A DNA stretch of 64,000 nucleotides. Source: Hemiscyllium ocellatum (taxonomy: Eukaryota). The stretch spans positions 29,064,999 through 29,128,998 of the forward strand of contig NC_083424.1 of the NCBI RefSeq assembly GCF_020745735.1. Reading direction: 5' to 3'. The position numbers were made by a program, and so were the translations under genes. This document shows positions 53,097 through 64,000 of the stretch, one piece after another. Position 1 is the first letter of the stretch, and each line of letters begins with the position of its first letter. The notes under the pieces were generated by a model. It saw only the letters and a program-made list of their open reading frames with translations. It had not been told where the DNA came from and did not search any database.

Positions 53097-53520
53097 CTAG
53101 GAGAAAGTGAGAACTGCAGATGCTGGAGATCAGATCAAAAAGTGTGATGCTCAAAAAGCACAGCTGGTCAGGCAGCATCCGAGGACCAGGAGAGTCGACA
53201 TTTCCACTTTTCCCCCCTCCCCATATTAGCCCAGATCCAACCTTCCAACTCAGCACCGCCCCCTTGAGCGGTCCTACCTGTTCATCTTCCTTTGTACCTA
53301 TCTGCTCCACCCTCTTATCACCTTCACCCCCTACCTTCATCTACCTATTGTATTCCCAACTATCTTCCCCCAACTCCACCCCCATTTAGCTCTCAGGTGC
53401 CTTGGGCCCCACCCCCTGCTCATTCCTGATGAAGAGCTCATGCTTGAAACATGACTTTCCTGCTTGGGTGCTGCCTGCCTGGCTGGCTGTACTTTTCCAG
53501 CACCACTTTTTGACCCTGAA
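53097..53520 (+). mobile_element. Penelope pseudo-LTR with inverted tail-bearing copy and 10-bp TSD
   Basis: TAGTGAAGAA at 53087-53096 and 53521-53530. The body is the reverse complement of 9865-10135; degenerate hammerhead at ~53426. Confidence 0.85.
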
Positions 53521-53539
53521 TAGTGAAGAATTGCATCTG

Positions 53540-55510
53540 TTCATAAGCACTTTGTGCACTTTTTGAATATACATATTGCATAATTTCTGTTCTTACAGAA
53601 TCCAATCTAAGCTGTGCAGTCCTGCCACATTCAGTCGAGTGGCGATGGGCAATTGCCCAATCATATTTAGAGGAGGAAGCTGCACAAATCTTCCCATCCT
53701 CAGTGATGGGGGAACCTAGCATTTTGGTGGAAGAGAGATTTCTGAAGCGTTTGCAATAATCTTCAGCCTGAAGTGTCAAGAGGATGATCACCTTGGTCAA
53801 CTCCTGAGATCCCCAGCATACCAGATGCTAGTCTTCAGCCACTTAATTCATTTCAACTGATATCAAGATACCACTGAAGATGCAGAATACCTCAGAAGAC
53901 ATGGCCTTTACCTATATGTTGGCAATTGTGTGAAGACATACTGTAGATCTTTTGAACCCTGAGCCAAATAGTGTAACTGTAAAATTGCTCCCTACCTAGC
54001 AGTGTGGAAAATTGCTCCAGTATATCCACTCAAAAAGCTGTTCAAATCTAACACAGCCAATTACCACTCCATCAGTCTACTCTTAATCAAGGAAAGTGCT
54101 TGAAGATGTCATCAACAGTGATATCAGGCAGCACTTATCATTAACATTTGGGTCTCTTGGCTTGGTTTTTACTGCCTCGGTTCAAGCATGGTCAACTTGT
54201 TCAGCCATTTTATGAAACACTTCAGGTATAAGTGAGATTTGATCACATGGTTTCTAGACCAGAGGTGAGGATTTTCCCACTGACCCATAAGAGCACTTTT
54301 TTTTATTTTTAATCAACTTGTTGGACATGTTATGACCCATCTAGGGCAGTTGTGACTTGAACCATGTCTTCTGGTTTAGATGTATGGACACTAGCATTGC
54401 AACAGAAGAATTCCCAAAATGTTTTCAGCGAATTCCTCAGGAGATACTTTCTAATCAACTTGTTCAGAGATGTTGTTATATACCCCTGGAGAAGGCGTGA
54501 CTTGAACCAAGACCTTGTTCAGAAGTAGGGAGACTATACTGTGTTCTCAAAACCATACCAAAAGAATCTCACATTACAGAAGAGACCCTTTGGTTTATCC
54601 AAGTCTCCACAAATAGCTACTTTAAATCCAACAAGTCCCATTTTCCAGCTATCTCCAGCTGCTTTATCAATTGACCTTCATTGTAAAGTCGAAAGTGGGG
54701 ATGTTCACTGTACCATGCTCAATGCTGTTTGCAACTCAGACACTGATACAATCTATGTCTGAATACAGTGATCTATGGATAATATCCTAGCTTGGGCTAA
54801 CGAATAGCAAGTAACATTTGTGCCACACAAATGCCAGGCAGTAACCATCTCCAATAAGAGTTCATCTAACCACTGCTCCTTGATATTCAATAGTGTTATC
54901 AGTAAATCCCCCACTAACAATATCCTAAAAGTTACTATTGACCAGAACCTCAATTGGACTCAGCATGCAACTGCAGTGGGTATAAGAGCAGGTCAGAGTT
55001 TAGGGATACTATGTCGAGTAACTTGCCCCAGACTCTCCAAAGCCTGTCCACCATCTATAAGGTATAATTTTCGAGTGTGGTAGAATACACTCCACTTGCC
55101 TGCTCTGTGCAGTTCCAACAACATTCAAGAAGCTTGATGCCATCCAGAACAAATCAGCCCACTTGAATGGTGTTCAAACACCCTGCAAACATTCAATCCC
55201 TCCATGACCAGCATCACCAACGAACTGCACTGTGGCAATTCATCAATCCTTGCCACAGCTACCAACTAGAAGGATAGCAGCTCCATAGGCACGCCATGAT
55301 ATGCAGACAGTACACAAAGCTAGTCTCTATTCTGACTTGAAAATAGCTGTATTCTTCAGTATTGCTGGAACCCTGAACAGTGTGTTTTGGATGTCTATAC
55401 ACCAGATGGATTGCAATGGTGCAAGAAAGCAACTCACTTCCATTTGCTCAAGAGCAATATATGATGGCCTAACTAGTAAGCCCACATCCATGAATAAATG
55501 GAATAAAAAT
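53540..55510 (+). mobile_element. Second CR1-group LINE family, decayed RT and 3' end
   Basis: ORF PHKCQAVTISNK...VTIDQNLNW...AGQSLGIL; NY.SISLL-like sequence at ~54060; tail cccacatccatgaataaatg. Confidence 0.7.
54190..54560 (-). repeat. Three degenerate tandem copies of a ~105-bp tRNA-like SINE
   Basis: Repeated tcaacttgtt...gacttgaacc units (reverse B box GGTTCAAGTC); a plus-strand relative lies at ~15920-16060. Confidence 0.55.
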
Positions 55511-57400
55511 GATAGTTAATGACCTAACTTATCGCAATAAAAGCGGACTGTCACCTGGTGAGCCATTACAGTGATACCCTGTGCAATTTGTGATGTGCTT
55601 ATAATGTTAATCACTATCTGTTTCAACACTACCGCCATAAAACAGTTAACATTTAAATGTAACAGCTTTTAAGACAATTTTACAATCTAGCTAGTTACTT
55701 GCTTGATGTGTTATAATTGCTGGGACATTCGTCTTGTAATCTAAAGGTATAAAGGGATTTATGGATTTTAGAAAAAAAAGCAAAGTATTGCAGCTTGCAG
55801 AAATATGAAATAAAACTAGTGCGGGAAATAAAGGTCCGTCAGCATCTATGGAAAGAGAAATCCTGTTAAAGTTTCCGGTTATAGTTTTTAAATAGTGGTA
55901 TCCGGTATTCATACTCTCATTAGTCATCACATCATCAATGAATTAAAGGATTAAATGTCATCCTTTCACTCCATTTGTACATTTTAAATAAATTTATAGT
56001 ATGAATACTTTTATACTAAATAGCTTTATCAACTATTTGGGTTAGTAACTTGTGGAGAAGGCATACATTTATGCATATATTGTATTGATGTCCTTGATGT
56101 GAAGTTCAAACAAGTGAATTATTATTAGCTAAGTACTTTGAGTAGTAATGACTGGTACAGATGTACAGTTTGACGTGTTTTTTTTGCATGCTGTTGAAAA
56201 ATAAATCTGGACGTCCTGCTACATAAACTAAAGGTCAAGCTTCAAACCAACAAAGCCTAGTTGATTAATAGACTGTTTAAGTAAGTGCTACTGTTAATTC
56301 CTTATGATCTGTTAAGTCTACACAAATATTTTTAATTCCCAGTTTTTAAAAAAACTATTCCTTTCAATCCTGTTCATTGAGGATTATCTAAAGATGTTGC
56401 ATTTACAATATCTTTGCTCTCTGGTTTTATTTGCTGTCTTCTCAAGGATGTTGGGAAAGATAGTATGATTTACCATCAGAATCACTGGAGAAACTCAGCA
56501 GGTCTGGCAGCATCCACAGAGAGAAAGCAGAATTAACCTTTCAAGTCCAGTGACTCCGGTTTAATACTGATAATAGTAGCTAGGAAAAGATTATTTAGCT
56601 TGATGATTGGGAAGGTGTGGTGAAGAAGTGAGTGGATAGGTGGAGATGCAGCCAAGAGAGGAGGAAAGAAAGCCAGGTAGACAAATGTAAGCTGGTGACA
56701 AGCTAATAATGGATAAAGTGCACAGGTGAAATAGGTTGGGCTGATTTCAGCACAGCCATGTCATGATACAACTGGGGTGTAGGGTTGTGTAAAGGACACG
56801 GAAAGAGGGGATCGGGCTCTTTACCTCCTCCCACACCCACACCCTGAGATGACATGGGCTGCTTTCAACATAGCAACTGAAAATGGGTTGGCTACTAATC
56901 CTTGTTACCAGTTTTTGTTTTTCCATGATTTTGAGATGCTGGTGTTGGTTTGGGGTGTACAGAGTTAAAATTCACAACACCAGGTTATAGTCAAGCTGGT
57001 TTAATTGGAAGCACTAACTTTTGGAGCGCTGTTCCTTCATCAGGTGGTTGTCCTTCATCAAAACATTTATTTTGCAAGATAGTTATGGGAGCATAGAAAT
57101 GGCGGAGGAGCTGAACAGGCATTTTGTATCAGTCTTTATGGTGGAAGATTAGTTTGAACATTAATAGTAAAGAATAAGAGTGGTGGAATTAAGTACCATC
57201 ATAGCTGTATTAGAAAAACTAATGAGGCTGAAGGAAGATTGGTCCGTTGGCCCTGATTCCTTGCATCCTAGGATCCTAAAAGAGGTGGTTACAGAGAGTG
57301 GATGCAATGTTTGTAATTTTCCAAAAATTTTTGGATAAAATAGAAAATGGGAAAAGTGAGCTATGTCACCAATGCTTCATCCAGAGGCACCCTGATGTTA

Positions 57401-57588
57401 GGTTAAAACAAGGACTGCAGATGCTGGAAACCAGAGTCTAGATTAGAGTGGTGCCGGAAAAACACAGCAGGTCAGGCAGAATAGCTCTATTCCTGATGAA
57501 GGGCTTTTGCCCAAAGCGTCGATTTTTTTCCTGCTCCTTGGACGCTGCCTGACCTGCTGTGCTTTTCCAGCGCCACTCTAATCTAATC
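57401..57588. mobile_element. Fold-back Penelope-derived element
   Basis: gattagagtggtgc..cagcaggtcaggcag versus ctgcctgacctgctg..ccactctaatc; degenerate hammerhead at 57493. Confidence 0.82.
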
Positions 57589-57625
57589 ACTGATGATGTT
57601 ACCTTGTATGGTGACGAAATGTCTG
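57588..57625 (+). ncRNA. Minimal hammerhead motif of a different Penelope family (near-intact)
   Basis: CTGATGA-T-GTTACC-ttgtat-GGTGAC-GAAA-TGTC, with a 6-bp stem II that includes one G-U pair. Confidence 0.55.
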
Positions 57626-59169
57626 AAAATGAACCTTCTAGCTCAGTGAGCAAAGGTTCATCTTGGATTCTGGAGTAGTACTGAAAGATTGGAAAACTGC
57701 CAATATGATGTCCCTGTTCAAAAAAGAGGCAGGCAAAAAGTAGGTAACTGTAGGCCAATTAACCTAATCTATTATTGGAAAATTGTTGGAATCAAGTATT
57801 AAGTAAAAATAGCAGCACATTTGGAAAACTGTAATCTAATCATGGAGTCAGCATGGCTTCATGAAAGAGAAATTGTGTCTAACTAAGTAAGAGATTTTCA
57901 AGAAAGTCTTAACCAGAGTGGAGAGAAGGTGTTATATTTAGACTTAGAAGGCGTTCAAGATACTTCAGAGAAGGTTAAGTTACAAGATAAGACCCTGTGG
58001 TGTTGGAGGTAGTGTTAGCATGGCTGGAGAATTGACTAATGGGCAGGAAACCCATTTTTTTTAAGCTGGCAACCTGTAACTGGATGAGGTTTGACAGTGA
58101 TCTGTGCTAGGACCGTAACTATACAATATACATTAATGATTTGGAGGAAGGAAACAAATTTATTGTAGCCAAGTTTGCAGATGACTCAAAAATAGGTGGA
58201 AAGGCAAGTTTGTAAAAGGGATATACACTTCAGAGATACAGAAAGGATTAAATCAGTGGCAAACTGTCAGTAAATAGTATATAATGTGGGAAAATGTGAA
58301 GGTGAGTGTGGAAGGGAGAACAAAACGTTTTTAAATGGACAATAAAATGCAGAAAGCTGCAACACAAAATAATTTGGGATACTTGCGCACAAAACAGGAG
58401 GCTAGCACACAGATGCAGCAGGTAATCAGGAATGCTAATTAAATGTTGGCCCCTATACCCCAAATCCCTTGAAATAAGAATAGTAAAGCCTCACTGCAGC
58501 TTTACAAACTGCTGGTGAGACCACATCTAGAGTTTAGAAGGTTTGCTAAGATGATATGGATGACTCTTAAGGGGCTTGACTGGGTCAATGCTGAGAGGAC
58601 GTTTCCTCTAATACCAAAGGGTGCCACTTTAACAGAGCTGTCGGTTCTTGTGTATATTTAAGAATCTCTCTATGTCAGCCTTAATCAGGGACATTGAGCG
58701 TTACACGGAAAATGCAGGTTGGGAGGAATATCAAAGCAGATCTTATTAACGGTGGAACGGGCCCCAGGGCCTGTATGACTTAGTCTTGTTTCTACTTCTG
58801 ATTCTTTGCCTGATTTCCTATCTATCTTTTCTCTGCCTATCCAGTCACTCCTTTCCCTCCTTGATTCCTATTATCAGCACAAATATCACTTTTTCCGAGC
58901 TACTCCTAGTTCTAAAGACGGGTCGTGGATACGAAAGGTTAACTGTGCTGTCTCTGCACAGATACTGCCAGACCTGCTGAGTTTCTATAGCAATTTCTGT
59001 TTTTAGTTTGAGAAGGCTCAGGGCCAAATTGGATTATAGCAATTGCGTGATTGTTGTTGACCTGCGCAGCCTAGATGGGGTGAAGGGCCCTTTGTAGACC
59101 TTTCTGACTATCTGTAGCAACTGCAGTTCTTTGTTTTATGATCAATTTGCTTGTTGTGCTTCTCGCTGC

Positions 59170-59310
59170 TGTGGCCGCCGCGAGTGGGCGTTGTCACTGA
59201 ACCGACCAATTGGAAGCGGCCGCTCGCCAGTTGCCATGCGCCTTTAAGAGACGGCAAGCTGTGATTGGCGAGTTGTTCCCACACCCTCCTCCCCCCCTCG
59301 TCAGGGGCGA
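59170..59310 (+). promoter_or_regulatory. MLXIP proximal promoter motifs: GC box, CCAAT boxes, CACCC box
   Basis: GGGCG 59186-59190, palindromic CCAATTGG 59206-59213, X-box-like half site GTTGCCATG 59230-59238, ATTGG 59264-59268, CACCC 59282-59286. No canonical TATA box. Confidence 0.6.
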
Positions 59311-59405
59311 AGCTGCCGAATGAAGGGAAGGCAGGGGAATGAGGCTCTGGAGAGAAAGTGGCTGATGTTTGCTTGCTTCACCTTACAGCTGCTCGATCGT
59401 TTAAG

Positions 59406-59710
59406 ATGGCCAAGGACGTGTTCTTGCTGCGCTCGTCCCGGACCCCGGTGATCATCAAGCAGGAGCCCGACGACGACTCGGACGCCGACGAGCCCAATTT
59501 GAAGAAGTCGGACGACCCGCAGATCATCCACAGCGGGCATTTCATGGTGTCGTCCCCGCACCGCGAGCACCCTCCCAAGAAAGGCTACGATTTCGACACC
59601 GTCAATAAACAGACATGTCAGACCTACTGCTTCGGAAAGTACAGCACGTCCCATCTCTCCATCGACGCCTCCCTGACCAAGCTGTTCGAGTGCATGACTC
59701 TGGCGTACAG
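59406..59710 (+). CDS. MLXIP: MLXIP (MondoA) first coding exon: MAKDVF...QIIHSGHFMVSSPHREHPPKKGYDFDTVNKQTCQTY...SIDASLTKLFECMTLAY(S)
   Basis: Contains Mondo conserved regions (IHSGHFMVS, SIDASLTKLFECMTLAY) and the MondoA-type HREHPPKKGYDFDTVNKQTCQTY. Good Kozak context aagATGG, donor AG|gtgaga, and syntenic with BCL7A. Exon 2 is not in the window. Confidence 0.96.
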
Positions 59711-62700
59711 GTGAGAGAGCCAGGAGGAGGCCGCAAGGTGCAAGTGCCGCCTGTAATCTTAGAGCCTGGCTTTGTTTTTCTCAGCGGCTTGTTCGGGGCA
59801 GAGTGGGGGAAGGGGCAGCCAGAAACTCGACACTCATCTTTGTTTTTCCTTTTCAGCACCCACAGAGATTTGGGCGTCATAAGCTATTTTTAGACGCTTT
59901 GGCAAGATCCTGTTCCTTGCTGCCCTAGGCCCCAAACAAGTTGAATTTAAAAGAAACAAAATCGGCGGCGTGGCCTTTCGCTGCCCAGCCTCCCTCCCCT
60001 CGACGCTTGAAATCGCATTTATTTCAAATTTGATGAGTGGGTACGAGAGAGAAAGCATATTTTGAAACGATCGTTATAGTAATGTGGTTGAACTTGTAGT
60101 TGTGTAGCTGTTGTCACATGAACTCTACCTCTATGTTCACGCAGGGGCCACAGAAGCTGCTGGACTTGCCCATGAGTTCATTTCCCCTAAATTTAGAACA
60201 TTAGACGGAAGTTGTAATCTGTCACTTGAAGTTGCAGTGCAAACTTCTCCCTGCGATATAATTTTTTTTATATATAGACTTATAAAAATGTTTGAATGGA
60301 GTTTATTTGTTTTATCCGTTATGCCCCAGTCCCCTCCCCATACTCCGACATTTTTTTCTGCTCCACAACCACTTGGTGAAGAAGCAGCGCTTCGAAAGCT
60401 AGTGCCTCCAAATAAACCTGTTTGTCTATAGCCTGGCTTTGTGATTTTTTTAAACTTTGTCCACCCAAGTCGAACACCAGCGTCTCCTAATCATGCATAC
60501 ATTTTTTTTCTATTTCTCACTTTATAGAATTCTTTATGAATAATTATAATTACATCTTAACCCAATTTATTCAGGCAATGCATGCCAGGTCATCATAACT
60601 GCTCTGTTTTTGAAAAACGTATGTTTTTGTTCTTTTACACAAAACATTTTAATTTTGAATCGGCTAGTGAATCTGCAGGACTTCTATTTTTAAAAAAAAC
60701 GAAGACTGATATCTTATGCTAGAAAGTTATCACAATTTTTGGACTACAAAATATTTAAATTTGTAAGTACCCCATTTTCAAAGATTGAAGGAGTGAAGCT
60801 ATTTTGATTAATATATAAGGAGCAGATTGATGCAAAGTATATATAGGGAAAAGTTAAGGAAATAATTGAAAATGATCATGTTAACATGCAGTAGTGAGGA
60901 TGTTAAGTTTCTTTGAGTTTGTCTGATTTAAGACATTTTTTTGTACTCTGCCTTGAACTAAAAACCTGAGCAAAAGGAGTTTGTTGACCTTGAATACCTA
61001 AATTACGTGGTTTTGAAACTGACCATTGCTATATTGGTCTGTAGAAAATATTCTAGCAATGAACATAAATAAATGCTACTTTTTAAAATTAACTGCTTTA
61101 CATTTTAAAGGGATTTACAAACGTTGGACACATTAAGGGTGAATGTTTGCTGGGAGTAGTTAGAATCAATTTGGGCAAGTGTTAGATCAGCTAACTTGCA
61201 TTGGTGGGAAGGAAAGAACTAGGAGAGTAAAGAGACATAAAAGTTCATGTTTGCAAATCAAATAGAAAAAAATAAGCAAATTGTAGTGGAATCTCAAAGT
61301 TGACTGAACAAAAAAAAATGAGAAAGTTATGTTTTTGTTGCACGGAATTCCTTCAGTTGTATCCACCTATGGCTTCAAGAAAGACACAATTAGTTTTGGA
61401 GTGGTACAATGCAGGTTCGCTAGTATATCGCCAGGTCTGAAAAGGTCAAATTTGAGGGTAAGTGCTGAAAGGTAGTGGAAGAACAGAGAACAGCATAAAG
61501 TTAGAGCAAGATTAGAAGTGAAAATTAGGGAGCATTATTTTAAAACAGGTTGGTGGAAATCTGGAATTCTGTCCTCCAAAAGGCTACCAATCCTGGATGA
61601 ACTGGAAATTTTCAAAAGATAGTATAAATTGTGGCATACAAGTCAGTCTTTTTAACTTGAAAATCTACCCAAGAACAGAGTTCTTTTAGGATGTTTTTAA
61701 TAAACCCATTCAGACACATTATGACACCGCTGTACATGTTGCCTGTTTGATCCCACACACCGATTTCTAAGATAGGCAAAACATGTGTTTTTGCGAGAGA
61801 AAATTGATGTTGACTCCTAACGAGTATAGCATCTCTTGGCAGAAAATAGTTTGTTTGATACTACCAAGTATGAGCCAAAGCATGATTTGTTTTATTTTTG
61901 AAGCCAAAAAAAGGGCAATCTTAAACACCAAGTTGATTTACTTGCCTAGTAATATGATATCTGTAAAGTTGGGTAGATGGAGATGAGGTGTAGATCAATC
62001 ATGATGTGTGGAGTTAAACAGGCTTTAGGAGTAGAATGCCTTTATTCTGTTTCAGCTATTTCTATATAATCTGGGTTTTGCATCATATTGTTAACGTTTA
62101 AGATTTTTTTCTGGCTTATGACTTTGTATGAAAGTATGCTGCAAATGTTTGTGCATTGCTGTGTGGAAGAACAGTCCTGACTGTATCTCCCTTTTGCACT
62201 GTTCCTACAGTTCTCACTTTAGTTTGTGGTATTTTCAATTTCCTGTTTGTTTTGTTTGCTACTATGTAACTTGAATGAACGAACCTGCATTTATGAAGCT
62301 CCTAATCATGAAAGTATTTCCAGCAATTTCTGTTTTTGTTTCTAATTTCCAGCATCCACAGTTCTTTGGGCTTTTTGTTTAACATTGAGAGTGTGCTGTA
62401 CTATTTCTCAGGCAGCTGCTATGTGATCTATAAGATTTATCCTTCTACAAGAGCAAAGTATTGTTGTTGCTGGAAACATGAAATAAAGTCAAGAAATGCC
62501 GAAGATGTTCAGCAAGTTGTGCGGCGCTCATGGAGTCCGAAAACCTGTTCCCAGTCCACGTCTACAAATTTCTCCAGGCAAGAGTATGGGTCTAGAACTG
62601 ATCATGAACTCATGAATGCTCCTTCCCAATATTTTCAAATGACTTTAGGAAGCTTTTATTCGGTTGCCTTTCATCCATACTTTGAGAATTTTACTGTATA

Positions 62701-64000
62701 TGTTTGCAACTTGAATTTAAATTTTATTTCAGATATGTTGTTGAAGCATTATACTAAATAATCTCTGAATTTCTATTTTCTACTTTTCATTTGAGAAGCC
62801 AAAGATTCAAAATGCCTGACACTTTTCTAAAATCTAAGAATTAAAAAATTGGGCAAATTGGACAAAGTGATAACTAAGCAGTCCTAACCTTTGCTTTAAA
62901 AGCCTGAGGAGATTTTAGGAGGAGTAAAATGGGGATGATAAGGAATGCCATAGATTTTTCAACTGTACAAATATCAGTAAGTTAGATATAAAGGTTGTAT
63001 CTGAGGAAGATATCTGTATTGGCACATCTCCAACTGATCTTTGGAATATTGCAAGGACGTTTGAAGGAGCATTTTCAACTCTCTCAGGAAATAAAAGTTA
63101 CCCATTTTAATGTAGTGATAGCAATTGAAAACTGAGTTTCTTTTTATTGAGCCCAATTCAGATTTCAGTTCAAGCTGTCATCCAACTTTAAATAAATTTC
63201 ACCTGAGATACCCTTATTCTTCAAAGGCTCTGCGAGACTGTGAACAGACTAATGTCGTAACTTCACTTACTCATGAATGTTGTATTGAATGCCAATCTAA
63301 CACTTCTTAAAAATTCTAAGTACAGATTATGATAAAATGAAAAAAAGAAAGAAACCAGAATAGATCATTCCAGCCTTTGAGTTTGCTCCATTATTCAATA
63401 AGATCATAGCTAATCTGCATATACCACCTTCCCACACTATCTCTTGCTCACTTGATTTCTTTGGTATCTTCCACGGTCTTGAGGTTGATTCAGCAGTCTC
63501 AGCCTTTTGGAGTAGTGAATTGCAAAGATTAACTATCTTTTGAATGTAATCTTTTTGTGTTAGCTTGATCCCTTATTCTGACACTGACAGCAGGCTACAG
63601 ACTCACTTGTTAAAGAGCATATTCTCTTAGAGGGTTTAGTAATGCAGATACTCGAACTTCGTTTAAATGCAATCACGTATTGCAGAGAATATAGATCCAG
63701 TCTACTCAAACTCTCCTTGTTTGGCAGTCCCCATTTCTCAGGAATCATTTCAGTGAACCTCATCAATATTTTCTTCAAGCCAAGTTGATTTTTCCTTGGG
63801 TGATAGAACTAAAACTGTATGCAGTATTCTATTCTGTAACAAAAAGTTTGTTATCAATAGTGAGTGGGATATATTTAGTATTCTTGGAATAAAAATAACT
63901 TCTCATCTCTGCATGTTAAGTAATTCACTCCTGGATGATTTAAAAATGCACTTTTTATGCAAAGAAAAATTCAAAAGACCTTTAGTCAAATAGTTCACTG

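Larger units (their letters stand above)
57065..58790 (+). mobile_element. Decayed older CR1 LINE (RT region) with nested Penelope-derived elements
   Basis: GPD..HPRILKE-, SQHGF-, KFADDSKIGG- and LVRPHLE-encoding sequence. Confidence 0.7.
59050..60090. promoter_or_regulatory. CpG island over the MLXIP promoter and exon 1
   Basis: Abrupt rise in GC and CpG content against a CpG-depleted background. Confidence 0.85.

Noticed and set aside
59358-59405. GTG-initiated N-terminal extension of MLXIP in the ORF track
   Set aside because: ATG 59406 has a good Kozak context and MAKDVF aligns with the known MondoA start. A GTG start is a prokaryotic-style call.
59301-59893. Antisense and alternative-frame ORFs over MLXIP exon 1
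   Set aside because: Expected in GC-rich coding sequence with few stops; no independent support.

Overview
Eukaryotic, AT-rich, repeat-dense genomic DNA, inferred to be from a cartilaginous fish (shark) because of HE1-type V-SINEs and HER1/CR1-type LINEs. The + strand carries coding exons 2-6 of BCL7A (24100-43977; exon 1 lies upstream of the window) and a probable ~4.7 kb 3' UTR ending near 48715. It is followed by the CpG-island promoter and first coding exon of MLXIP/MondoA (59406-59710), the same gene order as human 12q24. Almost all ORFs in the supplied track are spurious or are decayed transposon fragments (CR1 LINEs, a Gypsy remnant, a Penelope-like element). The most striking unannotated signal is a large set of short Penelope-derived elements that carry minimal hammerhead-ribozyme cores, often as fold-back palindromes with target-site duplications. 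Two different ones have inserted, in opposite orientations, at the same near-palindromic site (TCY|ATATRGA, in the RT 'YMDFSKAFD' codons) of two separate CR1 LINE copies, while a third copy shows the empty site. Also notable are a candidate NMD-inducing cassette exon in BCL7A intron 4, and a splice acceptor plus uORFs just upstream of the MLXIP ATG. Exon coordinates were counted by hand; repeat boundaries are approximate, and family names come from recognition, not database searches.
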